Shown piece after piece: positions 17,429 to 27,406 of a DNA stretch of 64,000 nucleotides. The notes under the pieces were generated by a model that had not been told where the DNA came from, ran no database searches, and saw only the letters and a list, made by a program, of their open reading frames with translations. Position 1 is the first letter of the stretch, and every line of letters starts with the position of its first letter. Origin of the DNA: Euzebyales bacterium (GTDB lineage: Bacteria > Actinomycetota > Nitriliruptoria > Euzebyales > JAHELV01); the NCBI GenBank assembly GCA_036374135.1, contig DASUUK010000075.1:14624-78623 (forward strand), read 5' to 3'. The position numbers were made by a program, and so were the translations under genes.

Positions 17429-20153
17429 CATCCGCAGCACGTTCCTCGACTTCTTCGCCGAGCGTGGGCACCGGGTGTGGCCGTCATCATCGCTGATCCC
17501 CAACGACCCGACGCTGCTGCTGACGGTCGCCGGCATGGTGCAGTTCAAGCCGTACTTCCTCGGTCAGGCCACGCCGGAGACACCGCGTGCGGTCTCGGTG
17601 CAGAAGTGCGCGCGCACCAACGACATCGAGAACGTCGGGTTGACGACGCGTCACCTGACGTTCTTCGAGATGCTGGGCAACTTCAGCTTCGGCGACTACT
17701 TCAAGGCGGACGCGATCCGCTGGGCCTACGAGCTGTCGACCGAGGGGTTCGGGTTCGATCCCGAGCGGCTGTGGGCGACGGTCTATCTCGAAGACGATGA
17801 GGCGTTCGAGCTGTGGGTCGAGCAGACCGCGATCCCGCCGGAGCGCGTGCAGCGGCGCGATGCGAAGGACAACTACTGGTCCACCGGTGCGGCGGGGCCG
17901 TGCGGTCCCTGCTCCGAGCTCTTCTTCGACCGCGGTCCGGAGCACGGGCACGACGGCGGACCAGTCGTCGACGAGTCACGGTTCCTGGAGTTCTGGAACC
18001 TGGTGTTCATGCAGTTCGAGACCGGAGGGCGCGGAGATCCCGAGCTCAAGGGCTCCGATGACATCCTCCGCGAGCTGCCGGCGAAGAACGTGGACACCGG
18101 CATGGGCCTCGAGCGGCTCGCGATGCTGCTGCAGGACGTGCCCAACGTCTACGAGACCGACGTGCTGCGCCCGATGCTCGACCGCGCCGTGGAGGTCACG
18201 GGTGTGAAGTACGGGTCCGGCGACCGGTCGGACATCAGCCTGCGGGTGATCGCCGAGCACGCGCGCAGCGCGGCGTTCCTGATCGCCGACGGCGTCCTGC
18301 CGTCGAACGAGGCCCGCGGCTACATCCTCCGCCGTCTGCTGCGCCGTGCGGTCCGGCACCTGCGGTTGCTCGGCTCGGACCGCCCCGTGATGGTCGACAT
18401 GGTCGACTCGGTCATCGACACGCTCCGTGGCGCGTGGAGCGAGCTGCACACCCAGCGGGAGCTGATCACCCGCGTCGCAGCATCGGAGGAGGAGAGCTTC
18501 ACGCGCACGCTGCGGACCGGCATGACCCTGCTCTCGACGGCGATCGACGACGCCAAGCGGGAAGGTGTCACGCAGCTGTCCGGGTCGACGGCGTTCAAGC
18601 TGCACGACACCTACGGGTTCCCGGTCGAGCTCACGCTCGAGATCGCCGCCGAGGAGGGGCTCGACCTCGACCGCGACGTGTTCGCGGCCGAGATGGAGGC
18701 CCAACGGGACCGTGCGCGCAACGCCGCCCGCCGCGCGGGGGACGAGGCGCTGGGCGCCGAGGTCTATGGCCCCGTCGCACAGCGTGGCGCGGTCGAGTTC
18801 GTGGGCTACACCCACGCCGGGGCGGACACGGCGATCACCGCCCTGCTGAACCGTACGGGCACGATCGATCGCGCGCAGGAGGGCGATGAGGTCGAGGTGG
18901 TCCTGCCGGTCACGCCGTTCTACGCCGAGGGCGGTGGGCAGCTCGGTGACCACGGCGTCATCGAGACCGCGACGGGACGGCTCGAGGTGGTCGACACCGT
19001 CGAGCCGCTCGACGGGTTGATCGTCCACCGCGCGCGCGTCGACGCGGGCGAGATCGAGACCGGTCAGGACGCCCGCGCCCAGATCGACGTGGCCAGGCGC
19101 ACGTCGATCACGCGTGGACACACGGCGACCCATCTGCTGCACGCCACGCTCAAAGACGAGCTCGGTGACCACGCCGCGCAGGCCGGGTCGGCCATCGACG
19201 CCGGACGCTTCCGCTTCGACTTCCCGCACTTCTCGGCCGTGTCGACCGACCAGCTACAGCACGTCGAGGCACACGTCAACCGGCGCATCGGCGCCGATCC
19301 CGAAATCTCGACCGAGGTGATGAGCCAGGCCGAGGCGCGCGCGATCGGGGCGACGGCGCTGTTCGGTGAGAAGTACGGCGAGGTCGTGCGCGTCGTGCGC
19401 ATCGGTGACTTCTCGGTCGAGCTGTGCGGCGGCACCCACGTCGCGCGCACACCCGACATCGGCGTGTTCTCGATCCTGTCAGAGGGGTCGATCGCCGCGA
19501 ACCTGCGTCGCATCGAGGCGCTGACCGGACCTGAGGCACTCGAGCACCTGGGGCGTGAGCGACTGGTCGCCGAACAGGTGGCGCAGATGCTGAAGGTGTC
19601 GACCGACGAGGTCGTCGACCGGGTCGCCGGCCTGGTCGACCGGCTCCGTGCGGCGGAGAAGGAGATCGTACGGGTGCGCCAGGAGGCACTGCTGGCAACC
19701 GCCGGCAGCCTGCTCGAAGGGGCGGAGTCCGTCAATGGCGCGCGGGTGCTGGCCGCCGCGGTGTCCGGTGCCGACCGCGACGGGCTGAAGACGCTCGCGT
19801 TGAACCTGCGTGAGCGCCTCGGCGAGTCGGTCGTCGTGCTCGGCGACGTGACCTCTGACGGCAAGGCGCAGCTCGTGGCAGCAGTCAGCTCCGATCTGGT
19901 CGGGCAGGGGGTCGAGGCCCGCGAGGTGCTGCAGCCCGGTGCCCGCGTGGTCGGTGGCGGTGCCGGCGGCCGCGGTGAGGTCGCGCAGGCGGGTGGCCGG
20001 GACGGCGGCGCGCTCGCCGAGGCGCTCGACGCATGCCGCCGCACGGCGCGTGAGCTCGTCAAAGGCCTGGGTGCGGGCGAGCGGAGCGAGCTGGCGGGTG
20101 GGGATCGGTCTGGTGCGGGCGAGCGGAGCGAGCTGGCTGGTGGGGAGCTGTAG
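17415..20153 (+). CDS. alaS: Alanine--tRNA ligase
   Basis: ATG 17415 inside ORF 17088..20153. MRSVDIRSTFLDFFAERGH, FFEMLGNFSFGDYFK, editing-domain HTATHLLH and CGGTHV. The C-terminal 28 aa are built from a tandem repeat. Confidence 0.95.
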   Translation: MRSVDIRSTFLDFFAERGHRVWPSSSLIPNDPTLLLTVAGMVQFKPYFLGQATPETPRAVSVQKCARTNDIENVGLTTRHLTFFEMLGNFSFGDYFKADAIRWAYELSTEGFGFDPERLWATVYLEDDEAFELWVEQTAIPPERVQRRDAKDNYWSTGAAGPCGPCSELFFDRGPEHGHDGGPVVDESRFLEFWNLVFMQFETGGRGDPELKGSDDILRELPAKNVDTGMGLERLAMLLQDVPNVYETDVLRPMLDRAVEVTGVKYGSGDRSDISLRVIAEHARSAAFLIADGVLPSNEARGYILRRLLRRAVRHLRLLGSDRPVMVDMVDSVIDTLRGAWSELHTQRELITRVAASEEESFTRTLRTGMTLLSTAIDDAKREGVTQLSGSTAFKLHDTYGFPVELTLEIAAEEGLDLDRDVFAAEMEAQRDRARNAARRAGDEALGAEVYGPVAQRGAVEFVGYTHAGADTAITALLNRTGTIDRAQEGDEVEVVLPVTPFYAEGGGQLGDHGVIETATGRLEVVDTVEPLDGLIVHRARVDAGEIETGQDARAQIDVARRTSITRGHTATHLLHATLKDELGDHAAQAGSAIDAGRFRFDFPHFSAVSTDQLQHVEAHVNRRIGADPEISTEVMSQAEARAIGATALFGEKYGEVVRVVRIGDFSVELCGGTHVARTPDIGVFSILSEGSIAANLRRIEALTGPEALEHLGRERLVAEQVAQMLKVSTDEVVDRVAGLVDRLRAAEKEIVRVRQEALLATAGSLLEGAESVNGARVLAAAVSGADRDGLKTLALNLRERLGESVVVLGDVTSDGKAQLVAAVSSDLVGQGVEAREVLQPGARVVGGGAGGRGEVAQAGGRDGGALAEALDACRRTARELVKGLGAGERSELAGGDRSGAGERSELAGGEL
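20069..20150 (+). repeat. Two tandem copies of a 42-bp GC-rich repeat forming the alaS 3' end
   Basis: GGTGCGGGCGAGCGGAGCGAGCTGGC(G/T)GGTGGGGA occurs at 20070 and 20112 and encodes GAGERSELAGGDRS GAGERSELAGGEL*. The same family occurs in carB and argJ. Confidence 0.9.
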
Positions 20154-20588
20154 ATGCGTGTGCTCGGCGTCGATCTGGGCACCGTCCGCATCGGGCTCGC
20201 GCTGACGGATCCGTCACGCTCGATCGCGAGCCCGCACGGCACGCTGCCCGCGGGTGACGCTGACGCGGACGACTGGGCCGAGCAGGTCGCGACGGCGCTC
20301 GCGGAGGTCGCCGACGACGTCGGGGCCGACACGGTGGTGATCGGCCTTCCGCGCGCGCTGTCGGGCCGTGAGACGGCCGCCGCCACCAGCGCGCGCAGCG
20401 TCGCCGACGCGCTACGGTCGACGACGACGGCAACCGTGCACCTGTGGGACGAACGCCTGAGCTCCGTCGAGGCCGAGCGCGTCATGATCGGTGCCGGTCG
20501 ACGTCGAGCGCAACGTCGTGCAGAACGCGATCGCGTCGCCGCGGCCATCATCCTGCAGTCGTGGCTGCAGTCCAACGCCACGACCTGA
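20154..20588 (+). CDS. ruvX: Holliday junction resolvase-like protein RuvX/YqgF
   Basis: 144 aa. MRVLGVDLGTVRIGLALTD. The ATG immediately follows the alaS stop. Confidence 0.9.
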   Translation: MRVLGVDLGTVRIGLALTDPSRSIASPHGTLPAGDADADDWAEQVATALAEVADDVGADTVVIGLPRALSGRETAAATSARSVADALRSTTTATVHLWDERLSSVEAERVMIGAGRRRAQRRAERDRVAAAIILQSWLQSNATT

Positions 20589-20618
20589 CCCCGCGCTCGT
20601 GTCGAACCTAGGACGTCG

Positions 20619-21674
20619 ATGACCCTGTCAACCGGATCGAAGGTCTTCGGGCTGGTGATGCTGGCCATGCTCGGCGGCCTCGCGTACGGCCTGATGCAGT
20701 TCGACGACGCCGGCGACGCCGGCGCCACCGGTGAGGTCGTCACCGTGGAGATCCCGGAGGGGGTTGCCGCCGAGCAGGTGGGCGACATCCTCGTCGATGC
20801 GGGCGTCGTGGACAACCCGTTGAGCTTCCAGGTGAAGGTCCGCACAGACGCGCGCGCGGCCCAGATCCAGCCCGGCACGTACGACCTGCAGGTCGGGATG
20901 AGCAATGACGCGATCCTCGACAGGCTCACGGAGCAGGTCGACGTCGTCGAGGCCTTCACGGTCGTGATCCCCGAGGGGCTGACGGTGCAGCAGACGTTGC
21001 GGGCGATCGCGGACGCCGACGGCAGTCCGTTCAAGGTCGGCCAGCTGCGCAAGGCGTTGGCCGGCGTCGCCCTGCCCGCATGGGTACCCGCCGAGCTGCC
21101 GCAGAAGGCCGAGCCGTTCGAGGGCCTGCTGGCGCCGAACACCTACGAGTTCCGCGTGGACATCAACGCCCAGGAGCTGCTCAACCAGCTGGTGGTCGAG
21201 ACCGACACGCACCTGCGGGACCTCGGGATCCCGCAGCGGCGCTTCTACCGCACGCTGACGATCGCCTCGTTGATCGAGCGCGAGGTCCGGGTTCCCGACG
21301 AGCAGCCCCTCGTCAGCTCCGTCATCACCAACCGGTTGCGCATCGACGAGCCGCTGGGCATCGACGCCACGCTGCAGTACGCCCAGGGCGAGACCGGAAC
21401 CAGGGTGCTGACGTCAGACACCGAGATCAACTCGCCGTGGAACACCTACCGCACCATCGGTCTGCCGCCGACGCCGATCGCCGGTCCCGGTCAGGCCGCG
21501 CTGGACGCGGCCGCCAATCCCGCCGACACCAACTTCATCTTCTACGTGGTGTGCGACTTCGACACCGGCGAGCACGCGTTCACCGACAACCTCACCGATC
21601 ACAACCGCAACGTCGCGCAGTACCGGCGCATCCGCGACGCCCAGGGCGGCTCCTACTGCAACGACGCAGCGTGA
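20619..21674 (+). CDS. mltG: Endolytic murein transglycosylase MltG (YceG family)
   Basis: 351 aa. N-terminal TM, then IASLIEREV and NSPWNTYRTIGLPPTPIAGPG. Confidence 0.9.
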   Translation: MTLSTGSKVFGLVMLAMLGGLAYGLMQFDDAGDAGATGEVVTVEIPEGVAAEQVGDILVDAGVVDNPLSFQVKVRTDARAAQIQPGTYDLQVGMSNDAILDRLTEQVDVVEAFTVVIPEGLTVQQTLRAIADADGSPFKVGQLRKALAGVALPAWVPAELPQKAEPFEGLLAPNTYEFRVDINAQELLNQLVVETDTHLRDLGIPQRRFYRTLTIASLIEREVRVPDEQPLVSSVITNRLRIDEPLGIDATLQYAQGETGTRVLTSDTEINSPWNTYRTIGLPPTPIAGPGQAALDAAANPADTNFIFYVVCDFDTGEHAFTDNLTDHNRNVAQYRRIRDAQGGSYCNDAA

Positions 21675-21705
21675 TCGTCGACTGCCACACCCGCGGCCGC
21701 CTGCA

Positions 21706-22509
21706 ATGACCACGGCGGCGACCGGACTGCTGTGCCTGCTCGGCGATCCGGTCGCGCACAGCCTGTCCCCGCAGCTGCACACGGCGGCACTCGCGGCGTG
21801 TGGGATCGATGCGGTCTATGTCGCGTGCCGTGTGCGCGACGTCCCGGCCGCGGTCGACGGGCTCGACGCGCTCGGCGCGCTGGGCGCCAACGTGACGGTG
21901 CCTCACAAGCGCGCCGTATGGGAGCATGTCAACCGCCGGACCGCCGAGGCGGAGCTCATCGGTGCGGCGAACACGTTGTTCCGTGACGGCGGGGCATGGA
22001 TGGCCGACAACACCGACGCCGAGGGCGTCCGGCGGGTGCTTGCCGACGACATGGGCGTGGGATCGGATCACAGTGTCGTCGTGTTCGGTGCCGGTGGCGC
22101 CGCGCGGGCGATCGCCGTCGCGTTGGGGCGGCTGCGCGCCCGGGTGCGCATCGAGGCACGCCGGCCCGAGCAGGCAGACATCGTGGCGGCGCTGGCGCAA
22201 ACGGTCGGCGCCCGTGCGCTGCCGGGCGGGGCGGCCCCGGACGTGGTGGTCAACGCGACGCCGCTCGGCCTGCACGGCGAGCGACTCCCTGAGCGTTACC
22301 ACGACCTCGCGGACGGCCAGGCGGCGTTGGATCTGGTCTACGGGCCCTCGCCCACGCCGTTCGTCTCCGACGCCCGCGCGCGCGGGCTGCCCGCATGGGA
22401 TGGCCTGGGGATGCTGGTCGGCCAAGCGGCGGCCGCGTTCGAACGCTGGACCGGCCGTGTCGCACCGGTCGACGTGATGCGTGCGGCCGCCACCGCTGCG
22501 GCGCGGTGA
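21706..22509 (+). CDS. aroE: Shikimate dehydrogenase
   Basis: 267 aa. GDPVAHSLSPQLH, NVTVPHK, GAANTL, and NAD(P)-binding VVFGAGGAARA. Confidence 0.85.
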   Translation: MTTAATGLLCLLGDPVAHSLSPQLHTAALAACGIDAVYVACRVRDVPAAVDGLDALGALGANVTVPHKRAVWEHVNRRTAEAELIGAANTLFRDGGAWMADNTDAEGVRRVLADDMGVGSDHSVVVFGAGGAARAIAVALGRLRARVRIEARRPEQADIVAALAQTVGARALPGGAAPDVVVNATPLGLHGERLPERYHDLADGQAALDLVYGPSPTPFVSDARARGLPAWDGLGMLVGQAAAAFERWTGRVAPVDVMRAAATAAAR

Positions 22510-22646
22510 CGCGACGGCGTCGGATCCTGTCCGTCGCCCCGCCGCGCGTCGGCGGACCTGCCGACGCCGTCGCTCGCGTGCCGTTGCGCGGAGCGCAGGA
22601 CTGCTACCGTGCTGGGCCCATGCGTGGCTCAAACAGCGACCTCGGC

Positions 22647-22729
22647 GGGCACACATCGCGTGCCTCATGTGGCGGTAGCGGTGGGCATACGTCGCGTGCC
22701 TCATGTGGCGGTAGCGGTAGGCACACGTC
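22647..22729 (+). repeat. About 2.3 tandem copies of a 36-bp repeat immediately upstream of aroC
   Basis: GGGCA(C/T)AC(A/G)TCGCGTGCCTCATGTGGCGGTAGCGGT at 22647 and 22683, then a partial third copy that runs into the aroC ATG. Each full copy holds ATG TGG CGG TAG. Confidence 0.9.
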
Positions 22730-23989
22730 ATGAGCCTGCGCTACCTGACCGCCGGCGAGTCCCACGGCCCGGCGCTGGTGGGCATCCTCGAGGGACTACC
22801 CGCGGGTGTGCCCGTGGACCGTCAGATGATCGCCCACCAGTTGGCGAGACGACGTTCAGGACACGGCCGGTCGCCACGGATGCGCTTCGAGGCCGACGAG
22901 TTCGAGATCCTCGGCGGGGTGCGTCACGGCCTCACGCTCGGCTCGCCGGTGGCGATGGTCATCCACAACACCGAGTGGCCCAGGTGGCGCGACGCGATGG
23001 GGATCGATGCGCCCGATGATCCGGCGGCGGTTGCGGACACGGGACGCGGCCAGCCGCTGACGCGGCCCCGCCCCGGTCACGCCGACCTGGTCGGCATGCA
23101 GAAGTACCGGTTCGACGATGCCCGCAACGTGCTGGAGCGCGCGAGCGCCCGCGAGACGGCGATGCGCGTGGGTCTGGCCGCGGTCGCGCGTGGCCTGCTC
23201 GACGCGTTGGACATCCGGGTCGTGTCGCACGTCGTGCGGATCGGACCGGAGGCGGTGCCCGACGACATCGCCCCGCCGACGCCTGACCAGCAGCAACGCG
23301 TCGACGACGATCCCGTCCGATGCGCGGACCCGGGGGCATCGCAACGCATGCAGCGGGCCATCGATGATGCGCAGGCGGCCCGGGATACCCTCGGCGGCGT
23401 GGTCGAGGTGCTCGCATACGGCGTGCCGCCGGGGCTGGGCAGCCACGTCCACTGGGACCGCAAGCTGGACGCGCGCCTGGCGGCGGCACTGATGAGCATT
23501 CAGGCGTTCAAGGCCGTGGAGATGGGCGACGGACTGCGCCTCGGGAGGGTCCGCGGATCGCAGGCGCATGACGAGATCGTGCCGGCCGAGGCGTCGTCCG
23601 GTGACGATGACATGACCGGCGGTGGCGCCGCGGGCGACGACCTCGGACGCGCCCGACCGTCGGTGCGCCGCCTGAGTGACCGTTCGGGCGGTCTGGAGGG
23701 TGGCATGACGACGGGTGCCGTGCTGCGCATGCGCGCGACCATGAAGCCGATCTCCAGCCTGACCCAGCCGCTGCGCACCATCGACACCGCGACGGGCGAC
23801 GAGGCCGTCGCGATCACCCAGCGGTCGGACGTGTGCGCCGTCCCGCGCGCCGGAGTCGTCGCCGAGGCGGTCATCGCGTTCGAGATCGCCCGCGCACTGC
23901 TCGAGAAGACCGGCGGCGATTCACTCGAGGAGGTCCGGCGCAACCTCGGCCACTACCTGGCCCAGGTGCCGGTCACCACGGTGCCGTGA
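22730..23989 (+). CDS. aroC: Chorismate synthase
   Basis: 419 aa. [44 protein letters not shown]. Confidence 0.95.
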   Translation: MSLRYLTAGESHGPALVGILEGLPAGVPVDRQMIAHQLARRRSGHGRSPRMRFEADEFEILGGVRHGLTLGSPVAMVIHNTEWPRWRDAMGIDAPDDPAAVADTGRGQPLTRPRPGHADLVGMQKYRFDDARNVLERASARETAMRVGLAAVARGLLDALDIRVVSHVVRIGPEAVPDDIAPPTPDQQQRVDDDPVRCADPGASQRMQRAIDDAQAARDTLGGVVEVLAYGVPPGLGSHVHWDRKLDARLAAALMSIQAFKAVEMGDGLRLGRVRGSQAHDEIVPAEASSGDDDMTGGGAAGDDLGRARPSVRRLSDRSGGLEGGMTTGAVLRMRATMKPISSLTQPLRTIDTATGDEAVAITQRSDVCAVPRAGVVAEAVIAFEIARALLEKTGGDSLEEVRRNLGHYLAQVPVTTVP

Positions 23990-24071
23990 GCCCGCGACCT
24001 CGCCGCCGGCCCGACGGGCATCTGGGACGCCCGGGCCGTTCCGCGACCCGCGGCAGTGGGCCAGTGCACCC

Positions 24072-24599
24072 GTGAGCGGCGTCGTCACGCTGATCGGTCT
24101 CATGGGTGCAGGCAAGAGCAAGGTCGGACGCCTGGCCGCCGTCAGCCTGGACCGCCCGTTCGTCGACACCGACCGGCTGGTCGAGGAGGCGACGGGCACG
24201 ACGGTGGCGGAGATCTTCGCCGTACAGGGCGAGGCCGCGTTCCGCCAGCGGGAGGTCGCCGCCGTGCGTGTGGCGCTCGAGCGGCGCGGTTCGGTGGTCG
24301 CGGTCGGCGGGGGAGCGGTGCTCGACGACCGCAACGTGGCGCGCATGCGATCCGCGGGTCCGGTCATCTGGTTGTACGCCGAGCCGGAGACGCTGGCACA
24401 GCGGCTGGGCAAGTCGCTGCTGCGCGGCGACCGGCCGCTGTTGGCCGACGACGACCCGGTCGCCGTGCTCCGAGGCCTGCTCGACCGGCGCCGGGACGCG
24501 TACGCGTCCGCGGCGACGATCACGCTGCCCACCGACGGGCTGGCGGTGGAGGAATCGGCTGAGCTGCTGATCGACGTCATCCGGGAGCACGGGGCGTGA
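24072..24599 (+). CDS. aroK: Shikimate kinase
   Basis: 175 aa. Walker A GLMGAGKSKVGR and DTD motif. GTGA overlap with aroB. Confidence 0.9.
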   Translation: MSGVVTLIGLMGAGKSKVGRLAAVSLDRPFVDTDRLVEEATGTTVAEIFAVQGEAAFRQREVAAVRVALERRGSVVAVGGGAVLDDRNVARMRSAGPVIWLYAEPETLAQRLGKSLLRGDRPLLADDDPVAVLRGLLDRRRDAYASAATITLPTDGLAVEESAELLIDVIREHGA

Positions 24600-25681
24600 G
24601 CGGCTCCCGTGTCACGGTGTGGGTCGACGCGCCCTACGACGTCCTGATCGGCCGCGGCGTGCTGGCCGACGTCGGCGCATGGCTGCCGGAGACCGCGGCG
24701 CGCCGCGCCGCCGTCGTCACCACGGCAGCGGTCGCGGAACACCACAGCGACTCTGTCATCGCCGGGCTCCGCGCCACCGGACTCGATGTCCACGTGACGC
24801 GGGTGCCGGACGGCGAAGGGGCGAAGTCGCTGGAGGTCCTGGGCCGGCTCTACGACTGGCTCGCGTCGATCCCGCTGGGTCGCAATGACCTCGTGGTCGC
24901 GCTCGGCGGCGGCGTCGTCACCGACCTGGCGGGCTTCCTCGCGGCCACGTGGCACCGCGGCGTCGCCGTGGTGCAGCTGCCCACGACGCTGCTCGCACAG
25001 GTCGACGCCGCCATAGGCGGCAAGACGGCCGTGAACCTGGCTGCCGGCAAGAACCTGGTCGGCGCGTTCCACCAGCCGCTGTCCGTCGTCGCCGACATCG
25101 CGACGCTGTCGACGCTGCCGCGCAGGGAGCTCCGGGCCGGCATGGCGGAGGTCGTCAAGTGCGGGTTCATCCGTGATCCCGTGATCCTGGATCTCGTGCG
25201 GGGGGATGTGGACGCCGCGCTGGACCCCGGTGGGGACGCGCTGGTCGAGCTCGTCCGGCGTGCGGTCGATGTCAAAGCGCAGGTCGTGGCGGCCGATGCG
25301 CACGAGCAGGGTGAGCGCGCACTGCTCAACTACGGCCACACGCTGGGTCACGCGGTCGAGGCGCTGACCGGCTACCGCAGCTACCGCCACGGCGAGGCGG
25401 TCGCCATCGGCATGCGCTTCGCCGCGCGCGTCGGCGAGGAGGTTGGGGTCAGCGACGCCGGGCTGCACGAGCTGACCGTCGACCTGCTCTCGGCTGTGAA
25501 CCTGCCGACGACGTGCCCGCCACTGGATGTCGACGCGGTGTTCGCCACGATGGCGCGCGACAAGAAGGTCCGCGACGGCTTGCGCCTGGTGCTGTGCGAA
25601 CGACCTGGCGTGGCCAGGGTCGTCGACGCGCCGCCGCGACCAGTGCTGGAACGGGCGTTGGCGTCCGTCCAACGGCACTGA
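24596..25681 (+). CDS. aroB: 3-dehydroquinate synthase
   Basis: 361 aa. GGGVVTDLAGF, QLPTTLLAQVDAAIGGKTAVN, LNYGHTLGHA. Confidence 0.9.
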   Translation: MSGSRVTVWVDAPYDVLIGRGVLADVGAWLPETAARRAAVVTTAAVAEHHSDSVIAGLRATGLDVHVTRVPDGEGAKSLEVLGRLYDWLASIPLGRNDLVVALGGGVVTDLAGFLAATWHRGVAVVQLPTTLLAQVDAAIGGKTAVNLAAGKNLVGAFHQPLSVVADIATLSTLPRRELRAGMAEVVKCGFIRDPVILDLVRGDVDAALDPGGDALVELVRRAVDVKAQVVAADAHEQGERALLNYGHTLGHAVEALTGYRSYRHGEAVAIGMRFAARVGEEVGVSDAGLHELTVDLLSAVNLPTTCPPLDVDAVFATMARDKKVRDGLRLVLCERPGVARVVDAPPRPVLERALASVQRH

Positions 25682-25761
25682 GCCGACGCGTCGTCGCATG
25701 ATCGGGCCACTGGCGTTGATCATTCGTAGGATGCCGGGGCGTCGCAGAGTCAGGAGGACGT

Positions 25762-26196
25762 GTGCGCATCCTGATCGCCAACGGTCCGAACCTGTCGCAG
25801 CTCGGTCATCGTGAACCGGACGTCTACGGCACGGCGACCATCGCCGACATCGTCGCGGGCATCCGGGAGATCCACGACGACATCGAGGAGCTGACGACCG
25901 AGTACGAGGGGGCGTTGATCGAGCGGCTGCACGCCACCCGCACGGACGGCACGGCGGCGGTCGTCCTGAATCCGGGTGCGCTGACGCACTACAGCTACGC
26001 GTTGCGCGACGCCATCACGCTGCTCGACGTTCCCGTCGTGGAGGTCCATCTGTCGCAGACCGCCGCCCGTGAGCCGTTCCGCCACCACAGCGTGATCAGC
26101 GCCGTCGTCGACGTCACGATCACCGGTGCCGGTGCGTACGGCTACGAGCTGGCCGTGCTGGCGGCCCGCCGCCTGGTGGCCGCCCGGCGGGCGTGA
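25762..26196 (+). CDS. aroQ: Type II 3-dehydroquinate dehydratase
   Basis: 144 aa. ILIANGPNLSQLGHREPDVYG, LNPGALTHYSYALRDA, EVHLSQ. Confidence 0.9.
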   Translation: MRILIANGPNLSQLGHREPDVYGTATIADIVAGIREIHDDIEELTTEYEGALIERLHATRTDGTAAVVLNPGALTHYSYALRDAITLLDVPVVEVHLSQTAAREPFRHHSVISAVVDVTITGAGAYGYELAVLAARRLVAARRA

Positions 26197-26293
26197 CGCC
26201 GACGCTACACTCCACGCCATCACCGGCCGGCCCACCGCCCGGCAGCGCGCGGCACGAGCGTCAACCCCCACCTGCGAGTCGAGGTAGCCATCC

Positions 26294-26851
26294 ATGGTGT
26301 CCACCAACAGCCTGAAGAACGGCATGACGCTGAACCTCGACGGCGAGCTGTGGCGCGTCGAGTACTTCCAGCACGTCAAGCCGGGCAAGGGCGGGGCGTT
26401 CGTGCGGACCACCCTGAAGGGCGTGCGCAGCGGCAAGACGGTCGACCGCACGTTCCGCGCCGGCGAGAACGTCGACCAGGCCATCCTGACCCGTCGGCAG
26501 CTGCAGTACCTCTACCGCGAGGGTGAGCAGCTGGTGTTCATGGACACCGAGCACTTCGAGCAGACGTACGTGAGCCGCGAAGCGATCGGCGACGCGGTGC
26601 TGTGGTTCGTCGAGGGCGACACAATCGAGCTCGTGTTCCACGAGTCCGAGGTCGTCGGTGTCAACCTGCCCGCCAGCGTCGACCTCGAGGTCACCGAGAC
26701 CGAACCGGGCATCCAGGGCGACCGCGTGTCCGGTGCGACCAAGCCCGCCACGCTGGAGACCGGGGCGGTCGTGCAGGTCCCGTTGTTCATCAACCCCGGC
26801 GAGCGCGTGAAGGTCGACACCCGCACCGGCGAGTACAGCTCACGGGCGTGA
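26294..26851 (+). CDS. efp: Elongation factor P
   Basis: 185 aa. NSLKNGMTLNLDGELWRVEYFQHVKPGKGGAFVRTTLK. Confidence 0.95.
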   Translation: MVSTNSLKNGMTLNLDGELWRVEYFQHVKPGKGGAFVRTTLKGVRSGKTVDRTFRAGENVDQAILTRRQLQYLYREGEQLVFMDTEHFEQTYVSREAIGDAVLWFVEGDTIELVFHESEVVGVNLPASVDLEVTETEPGIQGDRVSGATKPATLETGAVVQVPLFINPGERVKVDTRTGEYSSRA

Positions 26852-27264
26852 CGAGCTCCCGTCACGCCGACCGGCAGCGTGCCGTCGCGCTGCTGTACGA
26901 GGCCGACGTCCGCGACGATGCCCTCGGCGACGTGATCGCGCGGGCCGAGGCGTCCGACGACCCGCCGGAGCCGTTCGCGGCATCGCTGGTCCTCGGGGTG
27001 GCCGGACGGCTCCACGAGCTGGACGGCCTCATCGAGGCGTACGCCCGGGGGTGGACGGTCGCGCGGATGCCGGTGGTGGACCGCAACCTGCTCCGGTTGG
27101 GGCTGTGGGAGCTGATCGGAACGGACACACCGGTCGCGGTGGTGATCGATGAGGCCGTCGAGCTGGCCAACGAACTGTCGACCCCCGACTCGGGCCGCTT
27201 CGTCAACGGTGTGCTGGCCCAGGTCGCGCGCAGCGAAGCCGGTGTCGCGGCAGCCCGCAGCTGA
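26848..27264 (+). CDS. nusB: Transcription antitermination factor NusB
   Basis: GTG 26848 (GTGA overlap with the efp stop) inside ORF 26602..27264. RQRAVALLYEADV, VDRNLLRLGLWEL, FVNGVL. Confidence 0.85.
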   Translation: MTSSRHADRQRAVALLYEADVRDDALGDVIARAEASDDPPEPFAASLVLGVAGRLHELDGLIEAYARGWTVARMPVVDRNLLRLGLWELIGTDTPVAVVIDEAVELANELSTPDSGRFVNGVLAQVARSEAGVAAARS

Positions 27265-27365
27265 CGTCACCGTCGCACCGGGTTGGTGGTGCGCCGCCAT
27301 CGCACGGCGTGGCGCGGCGGGGCTCGTTGTCGCCGGCGCCGGCGACTGCTAGCGTCTCGCCGACG

Positions 27366-27405
27366 CCCTTTAAGCCTGGTCCCGCGAGGCCAGAAAGGTC
27401 GAAGG
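27366..27405 (+). promoter_or_regulatory. Candidate PyrR-binding RNA element overlapping the pyrR ribosome-binding region
   Basis: CCCTTTAAGCCTGGTCCCGCGAGGCCAGAAAGGTCGAAGG resembles the PyrR binding-loop consensus (UUUAA ... GGUCC-GAGAGGC ... AAGG). A CTGGTC/GGCCAG stem is possible. It lies directly 5' of the pyrR ATG (27407). Confidence 0.6.
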
Positions 27406-27406
27406 C

